A stretch of 40,678 nt of DNA, taken from the sequence record SRR31156797_21721. The stretch is one strand, 5' to 3'. The notes beneath the pieces are model-generated. The model searched no databases. It was given only the letters and a program-made list of their open reading frames with translations, and was not told the origin of the DNA. A program made the translations under genes and the position numbers. Numbering within the stretch: the stretch's first letter is position 1; every line of letters starts with the position of its first letter. This document shows, piece by piece, positions 28,502 through 38,393 of the stretch.

Positions 28502-28640
28502 AAAAAGGTCTGCAGCAAAGAGAAGTCGAAGCGATTTAATCGCCCACTTCACTCAGCTGCAGTTTTTTTGCCATTTGCTCAAGGAATTCTTGCATAATTG
28601 CTTCTCAGTCGCTAGAATAAAAAAGCCGAGGAGGGGTAGT

Positions 28641-30008
28641 ATGCAATTACCAACACCATTTATTGAAAAATACCAACGGTTGCTAGGAGAAGAAGCACCA
28701 GCTTTTTTTACCGCTTTAACCGATAATCAGCCAGTCAAAGGCTTTCGCTTGAATGTTGCTAAGCCGCACGCACAAGCGATGCTGGCAAAATATGGACCAG
28801 CTGCTGTACCCGCCCCCTATGCAGAAGCGGCTTATATTGGCGAAGTCAAAGGCCGTTCGTTGCTCCATCAAGCTGGCTATGTCTACAGCCAAGAACCTAG
28901 TGCGATGATCGTGGCAACGATCGCAGCCGCTCAACCAGGGGAGCGGGTCTTAGATTTATGTGCGGCACCGGGAGGCAAAACAACGCAGCTGGCAAGCCAA
29001 TTACAAGGAAAAGGGCTGCTTGTAGCAAATGAGATTTTCCCGAAGCGTGCCAAAATCCTATCAGAAAATGTGGAGCGTTGGGGCTTTCCGAATGTAGTCG
29101 TCACCAATCAGGCTCCACAAGAATTGAGCCGCCATTTTCCTCAGTTTTTTGACAAGATCGTGGTGGACGCCCCATGTTCTGGTGAAGGGATGTTTCGTAA
29201 AGATCCCGTCGCCTTAGAAGAATGGCAGGCAGAAACACCTGATCAGTGTGCGATCAGGCAAAAAGACATTTTGGCACAAGCCGTTGCGATGCTAAAACCG
29301 GGGGGCCAGCTGATCTATTCCACCTGTACCTTTGCCCCTGAAGAAAACGAAGCGATGATGGCTTGGTTAATGGAGGAGTATCCCTTCACAATCGAAGCGA
29401 TCGACTTGGCCAATGTATCTCATGGGCGCAGCGAGTGGGGAGCTGCATCTGGGATCGAGAAAACCATCCGCTTATGGCCGCATTTAAACCAAGGAGAAGG
29501 TCATTTCGCTGCGAAATTGACCTCCCAAGCAGAAGCAGCGCCAGTGAAAAAGAAGAAAAAAGGCAAAGGAGCGACAGCCAAGAGCCCATTGGATGCAACG
29601 ACTCAAAAGTTGTGGCAAGCCTTTCGCAAGGAGTTTCCTTTTTTACAGGCACTGAATGCGACACCTCAGCTGCTAGGAGAAAACCTCTGGCTCGTTCCTG
29701 AAGAAATGCCTTCTTTAAAAGGGATCAAGTTTATGCGCCCAGGTTTGCATGTCGGCGTCGTTAAAAAGAATCGGATCGAACCTAGTTATGCGTTGGCATT
29801 GGCGATCCATGCAGAAGAAGGGGCACCGACAGTGCCGATCACTTTGCCGCAATGGCAGCAGTATGTGGCAGGTGAAACCATGAGCGTGCCAGGAAATGCT
29901 GGATGGGTGATTTTGACAGTCGATGAGATCCCCGTCGGTTTTGGAAAACAAGTCCAAGGAACTGTGAAAAACTTCTTTCCAAAAGGATTAAGATTCAAAG
30001 CGATTTAA
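28641..30008 (+). CDS. rsmF: RsmF/RsmB/NOP-family rRNA m5C methyltransferase
   Basis: YSQEPSAM, LDLCAAPGGKT, VDAPCSGEGMFRK, YSTCTF.PEENE, C-terminal KNFFPKGLR; ATG at 28641 follows GAGGAGG. Confidence 0.88.
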   Translation: MQLPTPFIEKYQRLLGEEAPAFFTALTDNQPVKGFRLNVAKPHAQAMLAKYGPAAVPAPYAEAAYIGEVKGRSLLHQAGYVYSQEPSAMIVATIAAAQPGERVLDLCAAPGGKTTQLASQLQGKGLLVANEIFPKRAKILSENVERWGFPNVVVTNQAPQELSRHFPQFFDKIVVDAPCSGEGMFRKDPVALEEWQAETPDQCAIRQKDILAQAVAMLKPGGQLIYSTCTFAPEENEAMMAWLMEEYPFTIEAIDLANVSHGRSEWGAASGIEKTIRLWPHLNQGEGHFAAKLTSQAEAAPVKKKKKGKGATAKSPLDATTQKLWQAFRKEFPFLQALNATPQLLGENLWLVPEEMPSLKGIKFMRPGLHVGVVKKNRIEPSYALALAIHAEEGAPTVPITLPQWQQYVAGETMSVPGNAGWVILTVDEIPVGFGKQVQGTVKNFFPKGLRFKAI

Positions 30009-30076
30009 ACGAAATAGTGTTTTTATTTCAGTCCTCGTGCTATGATGGAAGTAGCAAAATAAGGGAGCTGATCGAT

Positions 30077-30412
30077 ATGAAAACATCATCAAAAGTAACG
30101 ATTGGATTAAGCATTGCAGCGATCGCTGGGATCACTACTGCCGTCGTTGTATCAGACAAAGTATTCAATAAAGTACGCTTCGCTTGCAACCGACACAAAG
30201 TAAAGAAATTTGTCGATGACAAATTCAACGGCAATGAAAAATTGTTGGATGTCGTAGACGGCTTGTCTGACAATGAATTGGATTCGTTGTTAGGTGTGAT
30301 GAAAAAAGTCAATGAGGGCCGCAACAAAATCTCTGTTTACGGAGACAACATCAAAGATTCGACAGAACATGTCAAAGACAAGTTGACGAGCTTTGTTGAT
30401 TCCGTCTTTTAA
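30077..30412 (+). CDS. Hypothetical protein with an N-terminal membrane anchor
   Basis: ATG at 30077 follows AGGGAG; single hydrophobic helix; followed by a terminator. Confidence 0.75.
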   Translation: MKTSSKVTIGLSIAAIAGITTAVVVSDKVFNKVRFACNRHKVKKFVDDKFNGNEKLLDVVDGLSDNELDSLLGVMKKVNEGRNKISVYGDNIKDSTEHVKDKLTSFVDSVF

Positions 30413-30429
30413 GCCAATCATTCCATTTG

Positions 30430-30463
30430 AAACTCGCAGGGACATCGGTCTTTGCGAGTTTTT
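30430..30463 (+). terminator. Intrinsic terminator
   Basis: AAACTCGCAGGGAC-ATCG-GTCTTTGCGAGTTTTT. Confidence 0.8.
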
Positions 30464-30543
30464 CTCGTCTTTCTAAGCGTTTTTCGTTATACTAACAAGG
30501 AAATGCACGAAATGGTGCGAGGTAGAGGAGTGAAAGTGAAGTC

Positions 30544-31050
30544 GTGGAAAAAACAAGTACCTTGACTGCCGAGGAAAAAGCGTTCTTTATGGAAGAAGCA
30601 ATCAAAGAAGCCCGAAAAGCAGAAGGTGTGGCAGAAGTACCGATCGGTGCTGTCGTCGTCTTGGATGGCAAAATCATTGGTCGTGGGCACAATCTACGAG
30701 AAACGCAGCAACAAGCCGCAGCGCATGCGGAGATGTTTGCGATCGAGGAAGCCTGTCGCACTGTCGGAAGTTGGCGCTTAGAACAAGCGCAGCTGTTTGT
30801 GACCTTGGAACCATGCCCGATGTGCAGTGGGGCGATGTTATTGGCACGGGTGGAAGAAGTGTATTTTGGTGCCTACGATCCCAAAGGCGGCACTGCTGGT
30901 ACATTGATGAATTTATTGGAAGATGAGCGCTTCAACCATTGGTCCTATGTGGAAGGCGGCATTTTAGAAGAAGCATGCGGCCAGCTGCTAACAGATTTTT
31001 TCCGAGCATTACGAGAAAAGAAAAAACAAAAAAAGGCTGGCAATCTCTAA
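30544..31050 (+). CDS. tadA: tRNA adenosine(34) deaminase
   Basis: EVPIGAV, AHAEM, TLEPCPMCSGA, GAYDPKGG, FNH; sits next to the SRP RNA gene, as in other Firmicutes. Confidence 0.95.
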   Translation: MEKTSTLTAEEKAFFMEEAIKEARKAEGVAEVPIGAVVVLDGKIIGRGHNLRETQQQAAAHAEMFAIEEACRTVGSWRLEQAQLFVTLEPCPMCSGAMLLARVEEVYFGAYDPKGGTAGTLMNLLEDERFNHWSYVEGGILEEACGQLLTDFFRALREKKKQKKAGNL

Positions 31051-31071
31051 CGAAATACGTTATACTAAGTT

Positions 31072-31171
31072 TTGCCGAAAGGCTAGGACAATGGAGGTCT
31101 TGTGAAGCGTGTCAGATCCGGAAGGAAGCAGCACTAAGCAGGATTCTCCATGTGTCTGATTGAAAAACTGC
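31072..31171 (+). ncRNA. ffs: Signal recognition particle RNA (small bacterial type); ends approximate
   Basis: Domain IV motif GTGTCAGATCCGGAAGGAAGCAGCAC within a long stem (ATGGAG/CTCCAT). Promoter TGGCAA-17-TATACT at 31038-31066. Confidence 0.92.
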
Positions 31172-31217
31172 CTGCTTTTGAAGAAAGCAGTAGTACTAAT
31201 TGAATCGATGATCATTC

Positions 31218-31248
31218 AAACCTGAGACAGACTGTCTTAGGTTTTTTT
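31218..31248 (+). terminator. Intrinsic terminator after ffs
   Basis: AAACCTGAGACAG-A-CTGTCTTAGGTTTTTTT. Confidence 0.8.
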
Positions 31249-31800
31249 ATTGTCTGAAAGTCTTTGTGATACCAAGGGCTGTTCTAATTGTATTCTGCTT
31301 TAAATCTAGGCAATCGATAGCAGCTCTCAGAGGGTTAAGTTGTATTTTTGATACAAAGGCTTTATTCCTGTTTAGAACCTTACTCTGATAACTTTTCCGT
31401 TGGCGATTTTTATACTCTCAAAGAATCAGTAGTTCTGACGAACTGAAACATGGATTACCTGCTCTCGATATTCGATAGAATCTTCGTTTCAAGAACTCTT
31501 TATTTTCGCTTCAACGAATTGCCTCCGCCGTGTTATCGGTTGCAATTCCCCCAAATAACCAGAAAAAATCACTTTCCTTTTTACAGTCAGAAAAGTGATT
31601 TTTTCTTTTGAACAACTGTCACTGTAACTGTTTCTTTTTTACAAAAAGTCACCATTCTTTTCCAAGCATTCCAATGGTTTCCCAGAGATTTTATGCTATG
31701 CTTATTTTGTAGAGAATTCCGTCGTCTTTCTACTGGCAACCCTTGATGCCAAGAGAAACGGATAGTGATTTCAGGCGACGTATTTGAAAAGAGGCGCACA

Positions 31801-33183
31801 ATGGAAAAAATTACGATTATCCATACCAACGATCTGCATTCCCACCTAGAACATTGGCCGAAGATGCGGCGTTATTTGGATCAAAGAAAACGAGAAGCGG
31901 ATACGACCGAAGAGACAGTGATCGCGGTCGACTTAGGCGACTTTGTCGATCGCTGGCATCCTTTGACAGAAGCAACTGACGGCAAGGCGAATGTCGACTT
32001 GATGAATCAAGGGCATTATGATGCGGTGACGATTGGGAACAATGAGGGAGTCGGCAATCCCAAAGAGGTCTTGCAGCATCTGTATGACCAAGCAGCATTT
32101 CCGGTCATTTTAGGCAACTTATTTGATAAAAAGGATTTGCGTCCGCCAAAGTGGGCACAAGAATACAAAATCATGGAAAGCAATCAAGGAGCCAAAATCG
32201 GCTTGATCGCTTTTACGGCACCGTTTCCGCTAACATATGCCCCCAACGGTTGGGACATTCGCGAACCCTTGGAGATTTTGCCTTCATTGGTGCAGCATTT
32301 GCGCCCCGAGGTCGATCTGCTGGTCTTGATGAGCCATCTAGGCATCAATGCTGACCGCCAGATTGCGAGGGACTTTCCAGAGTTAGATGTTATATTAGGT
32401 TCCCACACGCACCATTTGTTTGAAAAGGGCGAAGTCATCAATGGGGTTCAAATTGGCGCAGCTGGCAAGTTTGGTTTTAACATTGGCGAAGTCGAAGTGG
32501 TCTTAGATGATCACCACCGCCCGATCAAGCATCGCGCACGTGTGATTCCGACGGATTCGTTGGTGGCTTTTCCGCAAGATGAGGACGAGATCGCCGAATA
32601 TCTATCGATCGGCCATCGCTTGCTGCGGGCAAATCAGGTGGCAGAAATTCCAGCAGCGTTTACGAGGGATTGGCAAAGTGAACATTCCTTGGTTCGGGAG
32701 GCTCTTTTGGCATTATGTGCCAAAGGACAGACGGATGCCGCCATCTTAAATACGGGGCTATTTTTAGATGATTTACCACAAGGACGGGTCGATCAAGATC
32801 AGCTGCACACGATTTTGCCCCATCCGATGCATTTGATTCGAGTGACGCTGCAAGGCGCGGATGTCATTCGATTGGTCTTAGAGATGGAAAAAAATCGCAA
32901 CTTTTTGCGCAATTTCCCAATTATGGGGATGGGCTTTCGAGGGAAGATTTTTGGCGAACTGGTTTATGAAGGCATTCGCTTTGATGAAAAAAACCACCAA
33001 GTTTTGTGGAAGCAAGAACCAGTTGATGTCTCTCAAAGCTACACGTTGACTCTTGTGGATCACTACTTGTTTATTCCGTTTTTCCCGACGATCGAGATTG
33101 CTGGAACTGTTGAGTTTCTTTTTCCAGACTTTATTCGGACGGTGGTCGGTGATTACTTGAGTCAGAAATACCCTATTCAGTAG
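31801..33183 (+). CDS. Bifunctional metallophosphatase / 5'-nucleotidase (YunD-like)
   Basis: HTNDLHSH, DLGD, IGNNEG, MSHLG, GSHTHH; ATG at 31801 follows GAGG. Confidence 0.88.
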   Translation: MEKITIIHTNDLHSHLEHWPKMRRYLDQRKREADTTEETVIAVDLGDFVDRWHPLTEATDGKANVDLMNQGHYDAVTIGNNEGVGNPKEVLQHLYDQAAFPVILGNLFDKKDLRPPKWAQEYKIMESNQGAKIGLIAFTAPFPLTYAPNGWDIREPLEILPSLVQHLRPEVDLLVLMSHLGINADRQIARDFPELDVILGSHTHHLFEKGEVINGVQIGAAGKFGFNIGEVEVVLDDHHRPIKHRARVIPTDSLVAFPQDEDEIAEYLSIGHRLLRANQVAEIPAAFTRDWQSEHSLVREALLALCAKGQTDAAILNTGLFLDDLPQGRVDQDQLHTILPHPMHLIRVTLQGADVIRLVLEMEKNRNFLRNFPIMGMGFRGKIFGELVYEGIRFDEKNHQVLWKQEPVDVSQSYTLTLVDHYLFIPFFPTIEIAGTVEFLFPDFIRTVVGDYLSQKYPIQ

Positions 33184-33271
33184 TTGGTACTCCTCCAGTG
33201 GTTTTTTGAGGAAAACCGCGACTATCATTGAGGAATAAAACAAGGTATAATAAACAGCAGGTGGTGAAAAA

Positions 33272-33892
33272 ATGACCGAAAAACAAACGATCACAGATGA
33301 AATGACATCTGTACTAGAAGAAATTATTGAAGAACCAGCGAAACAACCGCAAAAAGGCGAGTTGGTGACTTTGTTGAATGATGAAGAATTAATGATTGGC
33401 AATCGACAATACAAATTGGTCATGGATTATCGTGAAGGCTTCGATCCTGAAAAACTTGGTGAGCGTTACAGTGAAGTTTTGGCACGCTATGATTATATCG
33501 TAGGTGATTGGGGTTATGAACAGCTACGCTTGAAAGGCTTTTTTGAAAAGGATAACCGCAAAGCATTACCCGATCAGCGCATTGACATGCTGGAAGACTA
33601 TTTGTATGAGTATTGCAACTTCGGTTGTGCCTATTTCGTGATCCAGAGGGTTGGCGGCAAGAAAGAAAAAAGTACCTCCCGAAGACGTAAGAAAAAGCCA
33701 GCTCAAACGAATCAAAATCAAACTACACAACAAAACGCACATATAGAAGAAAAGCGTGAAGCAATTCCGCAGAAGAAAAGCAAACCAACGATTAAAAATC
33801 GTAAACCAAAAGAAAAAAACGTCAAAAAAACCGAAACAACTACGGTGAAAAAAGGCAAAAAAGAGTTTACGATTCGACAAAGGGAAGAATAA
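33272..33892 (+). CDS. YutD-family protein with a basic C-terminal tail
   Basis: [32 protein letters not shown]. Confidence 0.9.
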   Translation: MTEKQTITDEMTSVLEEIIEEPAKQPQKGELVTLLNDEELMIGNRQYKLVMDYREGFDPEKLGERYSEVLARYDYIVGDWGYEQLRLKGFFEKDNRKALPDQRIDMLEDYLYEYCNFGCAYFVIQRVGGKKEKSTSRRRKKKPAQTNQNQTTQQNAHIEEKREAIPQKKSKPTIKNRKPKEKNVKKTETTTVKKGKKEFTIRQREE

Positions 33893-33893
33893 G

Positions 33894-34664
33894 ATGAAAT
33901 ATAAAGGCTATTTGATTGATCTAGACGGCACGATTTATTTAGGAAAAGAGCCGATCCCTGCTGGGAAACGCTTCGTAGAATCCTTACAAGAAAAAGGACT
34001 GCCTTATTTATTTGTGACCAACAATACGACCCGCAGTCCCGAAGTCGTGGCACAGCGATTGGCGGATGAATTTTCGATTCACGTGGCACCAGAAACGATC
34101 TATACCGCAAGCTTGGCAACGATCGATTTTATGAAAGACCATGGCAAAGGCCGCAAAGTGTTTGTGATCGGCGAAGCGGGGTTGATCGATTTGATCTTAG
34201 CTGCTGGGTTTGAGTGGGAAGAAACCAATCCGGATTATGTCGTGGTTGGTTTAGACAACCACGTGACGTATGAAAAATTTGTTTTATCAACGTTAGCGAT
34301 CCAAAAAGGAGCTACCTTTATCGGGACCAATCCAGACAAAAATATCCCGACGGAAAGAGGCTTGTTGCCAGGTGCGGGTTCACTGATTGCAATGGTGGAG
34401 ACTGCCACCCAAATGCAACCGATTTTTATTGGCAAACCAGAAGCCATCATTATGGAAAAAGCGGTGGCACACATCGGCTTATCAAAAGAAGAGGTCTTGA
34501 TGGTGGGGGACAATTATGAAACGGATATCCGTTCGGGGATCCAAAACGGGATCGATTCTTTGCTCGTATTATCTGGATTTACCCCGAAAGCGGCAGTTCC
34601 GACATTACCAGTAGCACCAACCTATGTGGTTGATTCTTTAGATGAGTGGGATTTTGAACAATGA
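33894..34664 (+). CDS. HAD-IIA hydrolase (YutF/NagD-like)
   Basis: [31 protein letters not shown]. Confidence 0.92.
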   Translation: MKYKGYLIDLDGTIYLGKEPIPAGKRFVESLQEKGLPYLFVTNNTTRSPEVVAQRLADEFSIHVAPETIYTASLATIDFMKDHGKGRKVFVIGEAGLIDLILAAGFEWEETNPDYVVVGLDNHVTYEKFVLSTLAIQKGATFIGTNPDKNIPTERGLLPGAGSLIAMVETATQMQPIFIGKPEAIIMEKAVAHIGLSKEEVLMVGDNYETDIRSGIQNGIDSLLVLSGFTPKAAVPTLPVAPTYVVDSLDEWDFEQ

Positions 34665-35299
34665 AAAAACAAGTGTGGCTTGAACGCTTAGGATTTGTCT
34701 GCTTGTTTTTGTTTTTGGTCAGTCTAGCGATCACCCTAACGATCAATTTTCGACCGTTATATTGGTTTGATGTCGATCACTTAAATCTGCTGGATTATAC
34801 CTCGCTAACAAGAGAAGAGTTGTTGAAGAACTATGGCTTATTGCTAGATTTTCTAAACAATCCCTTTGCAAGTACGCTCGCCTTGCCCGATTTTCCAATG
34901 TCTGAAGCTGGCGCTGGGCATTTTTACGATGTGAAGCAGTTGTTTCTATTAAATTATGCCGTGATGATCGTCACGGTGCTGCCCAGTATCTGGTTCGTCA
35001 ATCGGTTACGGCAAAAACAACAGCAATGGCGCTTGATTCGTCCCTTTCAATGGGGGATGATTTTGCCGCTGATTTTCGGGTTTTTGATGGCAGTCGGCTT
35101 TGATCGCTTTTTCGTTACGTTCCATGAGATTTTCTTCAGTAACGACGATTGGCTATTTAATCCAGCCACCGATCCGATCATCAACGTATTGCCAGAAACG
35201 TTTTTCATGCATTGCTTTATTCTCTTTTTTGTCTTGATTGAAGTCTTCTTTTTTGCTTTCTATTGGTGGGGCAAACGAGGCTTGAAAAAAACAGCGTAA
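34661..35299 (+). CDS. TIGR01906/DUF1461-like integral membrane protein
   Basis: [33 protein letters not shown]. Confidence 0.85.
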   Translation: MKKQVWLERLGFVCLFLFLVSLAITLTINFRPLYWFDVDHLNLLDYTSLTREELLKNYGLLLDFLNNPFASTLALPDFPMSEAGAGHFYDVKQLFLLNYAVMIVTVLPSIWFVNRLRQKQQQWRLIRPFQWGMILPLIFGFLMAVGFDRFFVTFHEIFFSNDDWLFNPATDPIINVLPETFFMHCFILFFVLIEVFFFAFYWWGKRGLKKTA

Positions 35300-35301
35300 T
35301 G

Positions 35302-35357
35302 AAAAAAAGACCAACGATCCACTTCCTTTGAAGAAGGCGGATCGTTGGTCTTTTTTT
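35302..35357. terminator. Bidirectional intrinsic terminator
   Basis: 19-bp perfect arms AAAAAAAGACCAACGATCC / GGATCGTTGGTCTTTTTTT. Confidence 0.9.
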
Positions 35358-35865
35358 ATTGCGTGATGTAATGAGATTTACTTGGGTGTTGATGGGCTAA
35401 GCGACTTGCGGCAGAAGCGGCAATGGCACCTACGATATCATCTAAAAAGGTGTGAACGCGGGGACCGTCGTGCTTATTCAGTTCTTTCAAAATGCCCGGT
35501 TTGACTTTATCAATGTATCCGTAGTTAGTAAAACCGATGGAGCCGTACACATTGACGATGGATAGTGCGAGGATCTCATCGATCCCATAAAGCCCTTCGT
35601 CTTCTTTGACGATTTCTTGCAGTGGATGCAGCAGTTGATTTTCTTCTGCCAAAATATCCAATTGGACACCCGTCAAAATCGTGTTGTGGACTTCCCGCTT
35701 GCTTAAGACAGCGTTGACGCTTTCGATACACATCTCCAACGTGATGCCTTCAATGTAATCTTTTTGCAAGAACATCACCAATTCCCCGATGTCTTGCAGT
35801 GAGACACCGCGGTCGGCCAACAATTCTCTTGCTTTGTCTTCAAGTGTTTTGCTTTCTAATACCAT
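35356..35865 (-). CDS. Phosphatidylglycerophosphatase A family protein (YutG-like)
   Basis: KREVHN.ILTG, DEGLYGIDEILA, YGSIGFTNYGYIDKVKPG, FLDDIVGAIAA; ATG at 35865 follows GAGGGG. Confidence 0.88.
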   Translation of the reverse strand: MVLESKTLEDKARELLADRGVSLQDIGELVMFLQKDYIEGITLEMCIESVNAVLSKREVHNTILTGVQLDILAEENQLLHPLQEIVKEDEGLYGIDEILALSIVNVYGSIGFTNYGYIDKVKPGILKELNKHDGPRVHTFLDDIVGAIAASAASRLAHQHPSKSHYITQ

Positions 35866-35989
35866 ATAGTTCCCCTCCATGTAAAAATAGTTTATTCAAA
35901 AGTCAACATGCGACTGATGGATTGCAATCATAAGTTGTGCCCTATTCCAGTTGCAGCCCATGCCGTTTGGGTTTAGTCCCTTCTGACAT

Positions 35990-36595
35990 TTAGGTGTTTG
36001 CTAATTTTGCTTTGGCTGCCACTGCCCAAGGATGGGGGACCACTAAGTCACCGGCAAAGAGCCAGTCCATATAATAGCCAGCGGCAGATTCCAAGGAATC
36101 ATCGAGGCGCTCTAATAAACCGGTTAAGAAAGGTGCTTGATCTTTGCGATCCCATTTGATTTTGTCGGCTAAAAAAACGATCAGATCGAGACGACTATAT
36201 TGGGCCTTTAAGGTGGTATGACAGCTGATGGCGGACAGAATCTCTGGGTCAGACACCTGAAAAACCGTTTTTGCCAACAAAGCGGATTGCTGCTGATGCA
36301 GCAAAAAAGGTGCTTGCCGCTCCGCGTCTAAGATCGGTTCGCCTACCGCTATCTGCAAGGCGATTCGCTGGTCATTAGGGATGACGACGCTGACATCGTG
36401 CAGCAGTCCTGCTGAGTAAGCTTTGTCCGCGTTGACTTGAAACCGTTCTGCCAATCCTTTGGCTTCTTGGGCAACGGCTAGATTGTGGACCGCCGTTTCG
36501 GCATGATCGAAGGCTTCCAGATACTGAACCATTTGCTCAGTGAGGGTCTTCCCCTGTAAAGGGAGAGTATAGGTGGCAAGACCAACTTGTTTCAT
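35990..36595 (-). CDS. HD-domain phosphohydrolase, YqeK-like (symmetrical Ap4A hydrolase family)
   Basis: H..AVA..A..LA, AGLLHD, LLH, AISCHTT, FLADK. Confidence 0.78.
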   Translation of the reverse strand: MKQVGLATYTLPLQGKTLTEQMVQYLEAFDHAETAVHNLAVAQEAKGLAERFQVNADKAYSAGLLHDVSVVIPNDQRIALQIAVGEPILDAERQAPFLLHQQQSALLAKTVFQVSDPEILSAISCHTTLKAQYSRLDLIVFLADKIKWDRKDQAPFLTGLLERLDDSLESAAGYYMDWLFAGDLVVPHPWAVAAKAKLANT

Positions 36596-36600
36596 CTCAG

Positions 36601-37578
36601 CTACTCCTTAAAAAGACTCGTACTGTGGGCGGGTTGCGTCCGCGTTTTGGGATCAATGTAATGGAGTGCATTGTTCACCGCAGTTGGGGCTTCCCCGAAA
36701 CCAGTAGCGATCAGGTCGACTTTTCCATCGTATAAAACGACATCCCCACAGCCATAGATCCCAGGAACAGACGTGCTCATATCTGAAGAGACGAAGACTC
36801 CTTGGCGGCTGCTTTTCATGCCCCAATCCTTGATGTTCAATGTGGAAGAAAAACCGTAATTGACGATCAAAGCATCCAATGAAAGGCTGACCGTTTCATC
36901 ACCCTTGACTTGCTGCAACGAGACACCAGTCAAACGTTGCTCTCCTTGGAGCTCTTGAATCACATAAGGAGTCAGAATGTTGACGGCAGAAGCTTGTAAT
37001 TTGCTGACGCTATGTTCATGAGCACGAAATTCAGGACGGCGATGGATCAAGTAGACTTCACTAGCGATCGGCTCCAGCATCAATGCCCAATCGATGGCAG
37101 AATCGCCGCCACCGGCGATCGCTACTTTGCGTCCGGCATACTTCATCAAATCGGTGACAAAATAGTCTAAGCCGTATCCTTCAAACCGCTCGCTTTCTGG
37201 CAAAGTCAGTTTGCGCGGCTGGAAGGAGCCGTTTCCTAAAGCCAAAATCACGGCTTTCGAGTAATGGATTCCTTTGTCGGTAGTGACTTCGATATAGTCT
37301 TCTTGTTTTTCGACCGACAAGACGGTTTCTTCTAAACAATATTGGTGATTGAAGGTCGTCAACTGTTTTTCCAGGTTTTGGACAAGATCGCCCGCTTTGA
37401 TTTTCGGATAACCTGGGATATCGTAGATGTATTTTTCTGGGTATAAAGTAGCAAGCTGACCGCCTAATTGCGGCAAGCTGTCGATGATCTTGGTTTTGGC
37501 GTTACGCATACCGGCATAGAAGGCAGAAAACATCCCGCTAGGTCCGGCGCCGATAATCGTTATATCAAAAATATCCAT
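36601..37578 (-). CDS. Ferredoxin-NADP+ reductase, thioredoxin-reductase-like (YumC family)
   Basis: IIGAGPSG, LGGQL..LYPEKYIYD, GGGDSA.DWA, FRAHE, GFGEAPTAV; lacks CXXC; ATG at 37578 follows AGAGGA. Confidence 0.9.
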   Translation of the reverse strand: MDIFDITIIGAGPSGMFSAFYAGMRNAKTKIIDSLPQLGGQLATLYPEKYIYDIPGYPKIKAGDLVQNLEKQLTTFNHQYCLEETVLSVEKQEDYIEVTTDKGIHYSKAVILALGNGSFQPRKLTLPESERFEGYGLDYFVTDLMKYAGRKVAIAGGGDSAIDWALMLEPIASEVYLIHRRPEFRAHEHSVSKLQASAVNILTPYVIQELQGEQRLTGVSLQQVKGDETVSLSLDALIVNYGFSSTLNIKDWGMKSSRQGVFVSSDMSTSVPGIYGCGDVVLYDGKVDLIATGFGEAPTAVNNALHYIDPKTRTQPAHSTSLFKE

Positions 37579-37718
37579 GTTATTCCTCTTTTCTAAGCAC
37601 GTTGGGGTGAAGCATGTTCGTGTTGTACGAATAGCTTCATTATAGCAAAAATTATCCAAACTAGCATTTTTTCAATTTTCTGCTATCATGGATTTATGAG
37701 AGAGAAGGAGGAGTTAAT

Positions 37719-38306
37719 GTGTCTGAATTTCCACAGTTAGCATTAGAAAAACAAACTGGCCATAAAGCAGTCATCAAAACCAATCGTGGGGATGTAGTTG
37801 TACAATTGTTCCCAGAATTGGCACCAAAAACAGTCAAAAACTTCGTTGAATTAGCGAAAAAAGGGTATTACGATGGGATCATCTTCCACCGTGTCATTCC
37901 TGATTTTATGATTCAAGGCGGTGACCCAACTGGTACAGGAATGGGCGGCGAAAGCATCTATGGCGGCAACTTTGAAGATGAATTTTCAAAAGAATTGTTC
38001 AATCTTCGTGGCGCTTTATCCATGGCAAACGCTGGTCCGAATACTAACGGCAGTCAGTTTTTCATCGTCAACAATCAAAATGTTCCTAGCAACATGTTAG
38101 GTCAATTAGAAGGTGCTGGTTATCCAGCTGAAATCATCGAAGCCTATCAAGCAGGTGGTACTCCTTGGTTAGATTTCCGTCACACAGTCTTCGGTCATGT
38201 GATCGAAGGAATGTCAGTTGTTGATGAAATCGCTGGCGTGCAACGGGGACCACAAGATCGTCCAGTGCATGATGTAGTGATCGAAACGATCGAAATCAGC
38301 GAATAA
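37719..38306 (+). CDS. Cyclophilin-type peptidyl-prolyl isomerase
   Basis: [40 protein letters not shown]. Confidence 0.95.
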   Translation: MSEFPQLALEKQTGHKAVIKTNRGDVVVQLFPELAPKTVKNFVELAKKGYYDGIIFHRVIPDFMIQGGDPTGTGMGGESIYGGNFEDEFSKELFNLRGALSMANAGPNTNGSQFFIVNNQNVPSNMLGQLEGAGYPAEIIEAYQAGGTPWLDFRHTVFGHVIEGMSVVDEIAGVQRGPQDRPVHDVVIETIEISE

Positions 38307-38309
38307 AAC

Positions 38310-38382
38310 AAAAGAACCCAAAGCAGTTTCAACGGTCATCCTCAGGAGACCGTTGAAATGGCAGCTTTAGGGTTCTTTTTTT
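38310..38382. terminator. Long bidirectional terminator hairpin
   Basis: AAAAGAACCCAAAGC..TTTCAACGGTC / GACCGTTGAAA..GCTTTAGGGTTCTTTT. Confidence 0.85.
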
Positions 38383-38393
38383 ACACGTAAGCG

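Noticed and set aside
28449-28640. Long N-terminal extensions in the ORF track (rsmF, also those starting at 10898, 27797, 30017, 31765 and 37659)
   Set aside because: Downstream starts have clear RBSs and family similarity begins there.
31587-31829. 80-aa minus-strand ORF
   Set aside because: It overlaps the start of the nucleotidase gene and has no RBS or motif support.
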